Below, one piece after another: positions 59,111 through 64,000 of a stretch of 64,000 nucleotides of DNA. The translations under genes and the position numbers were made by a program. Numbering within the stretch: the stretch's first letter is position 1; every line of letters begins with the position of its first letter. Under the pieces are notes generated by a model, which was not told the origin of the DNA, made no database searches, and saw only the letters and a program-made list of their open reading frames with translations. Origin of the DNA: Nitrospirota bacterium. GTDB lineage: Bacteria > Nitrospirota > Thermodesulfovibrionia > Thermodesulfovibrionales > BMS3Bbin05. The stretch lies in assembly GCA_020351835.1 (NCBI GenBank), contig CP070669.1, positions 1,736,827 through 1,800,826 on the forward strand. Reading direction: 5' to 3'.

Positions 59111-60639
59111 ACGAAGGTCCGGCGAGTAACACCGCTTGTGCTATAGAAACCATCAAAGATCCGTTCTGCATAGTTATCTTTGGGGCTTCTGGTGACCTGA
59201 CAAGAAGAAAGCTGATCCCATCACTTTATAGATTATATATCAACGGTATACTACCGGATAATTTCCTGATCGTTGGCACGGCTCGGAGCGATATGACCGA
59301 CAAAGCGTTCCGGAACCTGACAAAGGACTGGCTTGAGAAGGAAGGCAAGAAGGACTTTGACAGAAAAAGGTGGAACAGTTTCTCCGAGAGGATCTACTAT
59401 AAAAGCGTTCAATATGATGACCCCGGGACTTTCAAGTCCCTTGAGGAACATATCTCGGCCCTGGAAGCAAAGCACGGCACTTCGGGTAACCTGATCTTCC
59501 ATCTTGCTACACCTCCGCATCTCTATGAGTCGATAATAGACAATATAGGTTCATCAAATCTCCAGTTCTCACATGGAGGGTTTACTAGGATAGTAATAGA
59601 AAAGCCGTTCGGAAGGGACGTTGAGACAGCAAAGGCACTGAACTCACACCTTCTTAAGTATTTCAAGGAGGAGCAGATATTCAGGATCGACCACTACCTT
59701 GGCAAGGAAACGGTACAGAACATCCTCCTTTTCCGGTTTGCCAACTCCATAGTTGAACCGCTCTGGAACCGTAATTACGTAGATCACGTTCAGATCACTG
59801 TAGCAGAAACTCTCGGCATAGGCCACAGGGCAGGATACTATGATAGTGCGGGGGTTCTCAGAGATATGTTCCAGAACCATATGCTCCAGCTGCTTGCTTT
59901 GATAGCGATGGAACCGCCAAGTGTTTATGACTCGAGACATGTCCGGGATGAAAAGGTTAAGGTCCTGCAGGCTTTAAGACCTTTAAGCAGGGAAGTGCTC
60001 TCCAGTCAGTTCGTGCTCGGACAGTACGGAGAAGGACAGATAGACGGTAACAAGGTAACATCATACAGGAACGAAAGTGGGATCGACCCCCGGTCCAACA
60101 CGGCCACATTTGCTGCAGCTAAGATCTTTATCGACAACTGGAGATGGCAGGATGTCCCATTCTTTATAAGGACAGGGAAAAGGCTTAACAAGAGAATATC
60201 CGAGATCTCAGTGCATTTCAAGAACGCGCCGAACCATATGTTCAGTAACCACCCCGTCGATGTAACACCTAACGTCCTTTCATTCATCATTCAGCCTGAA
60301 GAGGAGATCGTGTGGGGCATTCAAACGAAGGTCCCCGGATCTAAGCTATGCCTAAGAGATGCCGGGCTCCGCTTCAATTACCGGGATCACTATTCATTTC
60401 TGTCACTTGACGCTTATGAGAGAGTGCTCATCGACTGCATCATGGGCGATCAGCTCCTTTTTGTTCGTCACGACGGCATTCAAACTACATGGGAATTTCT
60501 CAAGCCTGTCCTGGATTCTATTGATGGAGGTCCGGGAGCACCTTTTGAAGTACATGGATACAGGTCCGGATCATGGGGTCCTGACGCTTCTGATGAACTT
60601 ATCGGTCAGGAGGGCCGGGCATGGAAGAGCATGGCATGA
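59107..60639 (+). CDS. zwf: Glucose-6-phosphate 1-dehydrogenase
   Basis: The blocks [22 protein letters not shown] and [11 protein letters not shown] are present. The start forms an ATGA overlap with tal. Confidence 0.93.
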   Translation: MNEGPASNTACAIETIKDPFCIVIFGASGDLTRRKLIPSLYRLYINGILPDNFLIVGTARSDMTDKAFRNLTKDWLEKEGKKDFDRKRWNSFSERIYYKSVQYDDPGTFKSLEEHISALEAKHGTSGNLIFHLATPPHLYESIIDNIGSSNLQFSHGGFTRIVIEKPFGRDVETAKALNSHLLKYFKEEQIFRIDHYLGKETVQNILLFRFANSIVEPLWNRNYVDHVQITVAETLGIGHRAGYYDSAGVLRDMFQNHMLQLLALIAMEPPSVYDSRHVRDEKVKVLQALRPLSREVLSSQFVLGQYGEGQIDGNKVTSYRNESGIDPRSNTATFAAAKIFIDNWRWQDVPFFIRTGKRLNKRISEISVHFKNAPNHMFSNHPVDVTPNVLSFIIQPEEEIVWGIQTKVPGSKLCLRDAGLRFNYRDHYSFLSLDAYERVLIDCIMGDQLLFVRHDGIQTTWEFLKPVLDSIDGGPGAPFEVHGYRSGSWGPDASDELIGQEGRAWKSMA

Positions 60640-60649
60640 ATAATCCGTT

Positions 60650-61399
60650 ATGTATGGTCTTGAGATAAAGATATTCGATTCTTCAGATGATCTGTATAAT
60701 TATACAGCCGGACTGTTATCCAGAACAATAAAAGATAGCTCACTTTATCGGAAGCATTCGTCTATCGCCCTGTCCGGCGGAACCAGCCCGATGAGACTGT
60801 ATGGTATCATGGGAGATTTTGGGGGCCCTGATAACATTGAATGGGAAAATGTTCATTTGTTCTGGGGTGATGAAAGGTGCGTACCTCCCGATGATAAGAT
60901 GAGCAACTATGGGTCTGCAATAAGCTCCCTTATATCCAAAGGTAATATCCCGTCAGATAATATTCACAGGATCAGGGGAGAGCTTGGACCTGAGGACGGG
61001 GCCAGGGATTATGAGATGAGGCTTAGGGAGTTCTTCAACGACTCATTGTTCCCGGAGTTCGATGTCATACTGCTCGGGCTCGGTGAGGATGCCCATACAG
61101 CATCGCTTTTCCCGGGTTCCGAGGCTTTAAGGGAAGATGAACATTGGGTAACGGGAGTAAGAAGGGACAACGGCCCTGACAGGATAACGCTCACTATACC
61201 GTCTATAAATAACGCAAATACTATCATATTCATTGTAACCGGAATAGAGAAAGCTGAGGCTGTATCGGACGTCTTCTTTAAGACTCCAGATCCCGAGATA
61301 TATCCAGCACAGGCGATAAAGCCCGCAAAAGGGAACGTCTACTGGGTACTGGACAGAGACGCCGCATCTGTTTACCTTCAGAGGTCCTCAAAGGCTTAG
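60650..61399 (+). CDS. pgl: 6-phosphogluconolactonase
   Basis: The blocks IALSGGTSP, FWGDERCVP, GLGEDAHTASLFPG and the region VTGIEKAEAV are present. Confidence 0.88.
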   Translation: MYGLEIKIFDSSDDLYNYTAGLLSRTIKDSSLYRKHSSIALSGGTSPMRLYGIMGDFGGPDNIEWENVHLFWGDERCVPPDDKMSNYGSAISSLISKGNIPSDNIHRIRGELGPEDGARDYEMRLREFFNDSLFPEFDVILLGLGEDAHTASLFPGSEALREDEHWVTGVRRDNGPDRITLTIPSINNANTIIFIVTGIEKAEAVSDVFFKTPDPEIYPAQAIKPAKGNVYWVLDRDAASVYLQRSSKA

Positions 61400-61508
61400 A
61401 CATTTAGCAGATATTTTGTAATCATGCTTACGACGGAAGTAACAGCTTTTAGTTATAATACTTTCATACCCGGATCACTGAAATAGTTCAATCATGTCAG
61501 GAGGCAAT

Positions 61509-61880
61509 ATGAGAATATTTAGAGTTTTATTGATAACGCTGGCCCTGATTTACATCTGTGCTGCCCTCTCTCTGGCAGACATATCGCAAGGGAAGAAACT
61601 GTTCGAAGACCCTAAGTTCGCCGGCAGTACAAATAACAAAAGCTGCAACTCATGTCATCCGGATGGCAGGGGACTCGAGAACGCTTCCGGAAAGCCCCAA
61701 TACTCTATAATGGGGAGCAACCTTTCATCGCTTGAAGCAACGGTTAACGTCTGCATAAAGAAGGCTCTAAAGGGAAAGCCCCTTGAGCATAATTCAAGTG
61801 AGATGAAGGACATTGTAGAGTATATCGGCTCAGTCAAAGGAAAAGAGTTCAAGGAAAGAAGAGTTATTAAAGGTTGTTAA
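61509..61880 (+). CDS. Secreted monoheme c-type cytochrome
   Basis: I placed the start at the ATG at 61509, which follows an AGGAGG SD. It has a signal peptide and a single CNSCH motif. Confidence 0.7.
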   Translation: MRIFRVLLITLALIYICAALSLADISQGKKLFEDPKFAGSTNNKSCNSCHPDGRGLENASGKPQYSIMGSNLSSLEATVNVCIKKALKGKPLEHNSSEMKDIVEYIGSVKGKEFKERRVIKGC

Positions 61881-61909
61881 TATAAGGGGGAAATGTCCCC
61901 CCCCTTATA
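61881..61909. terminator. G/C-run hairpin immediately after the cytochrome c stop; possible terminator without a U-tract
   Basis: TATAAGGGGG-aaatgtccc-CCCCCTTATA forms a 10-bp stem. A second TCCCCC...GGGGGA hairpin follows around 61931-61955. Confidence 0.4.
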
Positions 61910-62073
61910 TATTAATGAGTGGTCAAGCATCCCCCAACCCCTCCCTCAGGGGGAAACTGACTCATATGATATTTTATAACCACTCCTCCTCTATGAGATT
62001 GTACCTTTAGTTCTTTTTCTTGTAAGTTTGGGTAAAAAATGCTGTAAGTGGAGCAACTTAAGAAGAGACCGTC

Positions 62074-62523
62074 TTATTTGAGCTTACCGCTGATGATCCT
62101 GTCAACGGAAAAGGCTCCGGCACCCTTTACTATCAGAGCAAAACATATTCCCAGCACAAGAATATGATATTCATACCCTTCGCCCGCCTGTACACCGAAC
62201 CAGTTCATGAAAAATCCGTGCTGAAGATGATTAAAATATGCACATACACCAATATTTACCGCTATACCAAGAGACGCGATCCTTGTCAATAAACCTAATA
62301 TAATTGCTATGCTTCCCCCAAACTCGACAACTATTATCATTATAACTACAAATGAAGGAAGGCCTAATGCAGTTTTAAAAACCTCAACCGTTTGTTCAAA
62401 GCCAGCCCCGCCGAACCATCCAAGTGCTTTCGAAGCTCCATGAAAGAACATTACTATCCCCAGAGAAAGTCTCAGGAACATAAAACCTGTAGTATCATCG
62501 GTCTGAAGGATCTCTTTTAACAT
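62074..62523 (-). CDS. DoxX-family membrane protein
   Basis: It has four hydrophobic helices and the block LRLSLGIVMFFHGASK. The protein is 149 aa. Confidence 0.8.
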   Translation of the reverse strand: MLKEILQTDDTTGFMFLRLSLGIVMFFHGASKALGWFGGAGFEQTVEVFKTALGLPSFVVIMIIVVEFGGSIAIILGLLTRIASLGIAVNIGVCAYFNHLQHGFFMNWFGVQAGEGYEYHILVLGICFALIVKGAGAFSVDRIISGKLK

Positions 62524-62627
62524 TTTAGTGTTCTCATATGATCAGCTTGGCTTTATTTACAGTAAACAATAAAATCATTATACCATAATATATTTGTAAT
62601 TCAATTAGAACACACATTACCTCTATC

Positions 62628-62643
62628 TGTGATCGGGGTCACA
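62628..62643. promoter_or_regulatory. Perfect CRP-type palindrome TGTGA-N6-TCACA
   Basis: TGTGATCGGGGTCACA sits in the divergent intergenic region. It is 48 nt upstream of the 62691 ATG and about 105 nt upstream of the doxX ATG. Confidence 0.5.
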
Positions 62644-62690
62644 TTATTTATGACCTTTGTTCTGGCAGAATATACTTAAGGAGGCATATT

Positions 62691-63074
62691 ATGAACGACA
62701 CAGGGGCTCGCCGTCTCAAAGAAGCAGGGGAGTTCTTACAGGAAGCGAAATTCTTACTGAATGAGAAGCTCGGCAATGTGCACGTATTAACGAAGATATA
62801 CCACTCAATGATCTACGGACTGTTCGCGTTGTTCAATATACGATCCATAGGGGATCTTTCACATTATGAGCTGATCCAGATGTTCAAAACAGCATATATA
62901 GAAAAAGAAGGATTCAGCCCTTCCTATCAAGAGGTGCTTGATCTGACCTACGACCTTGTACACACGTGTTCATGCTCTGACACCAGAGATATCGATCTTA
63001 TAGATACAGATAAGGCATTGTCGGCTGCAAACTGGCTTCTTAAAGATATAGCTGATCACCTTGCCGGCAGATGA
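62691..63074 (+). CDS. HEPN-like domain protein
   Basis: It is a 127-aa helical protein with a HEPN-like layout and an R-x6-H motif (RSIGDLSH). A strong SD (AAGGAGG) precedes it. No adjacent nucleotidyltransferase partner is present. Confidence 0.45.
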   Translation: MNDTGARRLKEAGEFLQEAKFLLNEKLGNVHVLTKIYHSMIYGLFALFNIRSIGDLSHYELIQMFKTAYIEKEGFSPSYQEVLDLTYDLVHTCSCSDTRDIDLIDTDKALSAANWLLKDIADHLAGR

Positions 63075-63080
63075 TCTATC

Positions 63081-64000
63081 CTAGGGAATGCTGTTCTCGT
63101 CTATGAAAGGCAGTAATATCATGAACGTAGTCCCTTTGCCCACACTGCTTTCAGCATATATATATCCATTATGCCTCTTAACGATCCCGTAGACTATTGA
63201 CAGCCCAAGACCCGTACCCTTCCCCACATCCTTAGTGGTGTAAAAGGGTTCGAATATCTTCTCTTTAATATGGGGCTCCATACCCGTTCCATTATCCTTT
63301 ACCTTTATAAGCATATAGACCCCCCTGGCCCCAAATCCGAACGTCTCAATGGCAATATCGTCCATTTCATACTTCTCTGTCTCGATAGATATCTTACCTG
63401 CTTTACGCATAGCATCCTTTGCATTTGCTATCAGGTTTACCAGTATCTGCTCGAACTGGTTCAGATCGATCATTACATACCCTTCATCGTCCAAAAGCTT
63501 AAACTCGAACTCGATATCTATTCCTACGATCCTTCTCAAGAACTCCATCCGACTTCGTATGAACTCATTTACATTCACCGGCTGGATGTTCACAGGATGC
63601 TTTCGGCTGTAAGTAAGAAGACCCTGTGTAAGGTCCATAGCTCTCAGAGTTGACTCATATATGCCGTCAACATAATTTTCAAGAACACTCCCCTTTTCGA
63701 CCTCATCTTTAAGCATCTCCGCAAATCCATGCATGGCCGTAAGGATGTTATTGAACTCATGAGATATTCCTCCGGTGAGAGTCCCTATCGCCTCGAGCTT
63801 TTGTGACTGAAGAAGCTGTTCCTCAAGGTTCTTCCGGTCTGTCACATCTCTTACTACCTTAACTCCCGCTATCACCTCACCTTTTTCATCAAAGAGAGGA
63901 GATGAGACCATATCATAATAACGGGTACCATCATCCGAATCCATGATCCTTTGAGACCCGTGGATCTTACCGTCCTGATAGGTCAGTTCGACGGGGCATC
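63081..64000 (-). CDS. PAS-domain sensor histidine kinase; the 5' end runs off the window
   Basis: The frame stays open upstream of the track Met to position 64000 (..CPVELTYQDGKIHGSQRIMDSDDG..VVRDVTDRK). The H-box is ISHEFNNIL and the ATPase G-boxes are DNGTGM and GTGLGLS. Confidence 0.85.
   Translation of the reverse strand, partial: CPVELTYQDGKIHGSQRIMDSDDGTRYYDMVSSPLFDEKGEVIAGVKVVRDVTDRKNLEEQLLQSQKLEAIGTLTGGISHEFNNILTAMHGFAEMLKDEVEKGSVLENYVDGIYESTLRAMDLTQGLLTYSRKHPVNIQPVNVNEFIRSRMEFLRRIVGIDIEFEFKLLDDEGYVMIDLNQFEQILVNLIANAKDAMRKAGKISIETEKYEMDDIAIETFGFGARGVYMLIKVKDNGTGMEPHIKEKIFEPFYTTKDVGKGTGLGLSIVYGIVKRHNGYIYAESSVGKGTTFMILLPFIDENSIP

Noticed and set aside
62671-62676. TATACT as the -10 box for the HEPN-like gene
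   Set aside because: A transcript started from it would begin inside or after the Shine-Dalgarno sequence (AAGGAGG at 62678-62684). It is therefore unlikely to be the functional promoter.
1-64000. A search for CRISPR arrays, tandem repeats, transposases, integrases, phage genes, tRNA/rRNA and classic defence systems
   Set aside because: I found none. Intergenic regions are short apart from 34668-35059 and 53182-53582. I saw no repeat-spacer periodicity and no T-loop-like GGTTCGAATCC motifs. Gene content is housekeeping throughout.

Overview
This window reads as a core-chromosome segment of a diderm, probably anaerobic bacterium of moderate AT-richness. I saw no rRNA, tRNA, CRISPR array, transposase, integrase or phage genes. 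Coding density is high, with many ATGA/TAATG overlaps that indicate operons. The contents, left to right, are as follows. (1) A truncated six-heme cytochrome c lipoprotein that is missing from the ORF track because it runs off the edge. (2) Two tandem paralogous lipoproteins and an Mla/MCE-type operon whose ABC ATPase has lost its catalytic motifs. (3) ugd, a DUF3108 gene, an HD hydrolase, an AlkD-like gene and yajQ. (4) A PilZ-PATAN(DUF4388)-J-domain-TPR protein. (5) EcfT-like, AMIN-amidase, NifU-like and MFS genes. (6) A HEAT-repeat/HD-GYP gene pair downstream of tatA-tatC. (7) tilS. (8) A heme operon of AhbD/NirJ-like radical SAM, hemE, hemH and hemY, followed by a cyclophilin. (9) hflX. 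(10) rplM-rpsI-argC-argJ. (11) A promoter-plus-terminator unit that looks like a roughly 65-nt sRNA with an anti-SD-like CCUCC core. (12) secA, a GAF-GGDEF cyclase, and an MglA-like GTPase with a roughly 430-aa acidic tail. (13) A trpE/pabB-like gene and pyrF. (14) Divergent paralogous OmpA-like beta-barrel proteins. (15) A complete Hyb-type [NiFe]-hydrogenase operon (hybO-hybA-hybB-hybC-hybD-hypC). (16) A pentose-phosphate cluster (tkt, rpiB, gnd, tal, zwf, pgl) interrupted by lgt. (17) A cytochrome c, a DoxX gene, an orphan HEPN protein behind a perfect CRP-type palindrome, and a truncated PAS histidine kinase. The strongest observation is in hybC. The large-subunit reading frame is interrupted by a single in-frame TGA at exactly the second cysteine of the N-terminal RxCGxC nickel-binding motif. 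A hairpin follows at SECIS-like spacing. This suggests selenocysteine at a metal-bridging position rather than at the C-terminal position used by known [NiFeSe] enzymes. All calls come from reading the sequence and from recalled family motifs. No database search was run.
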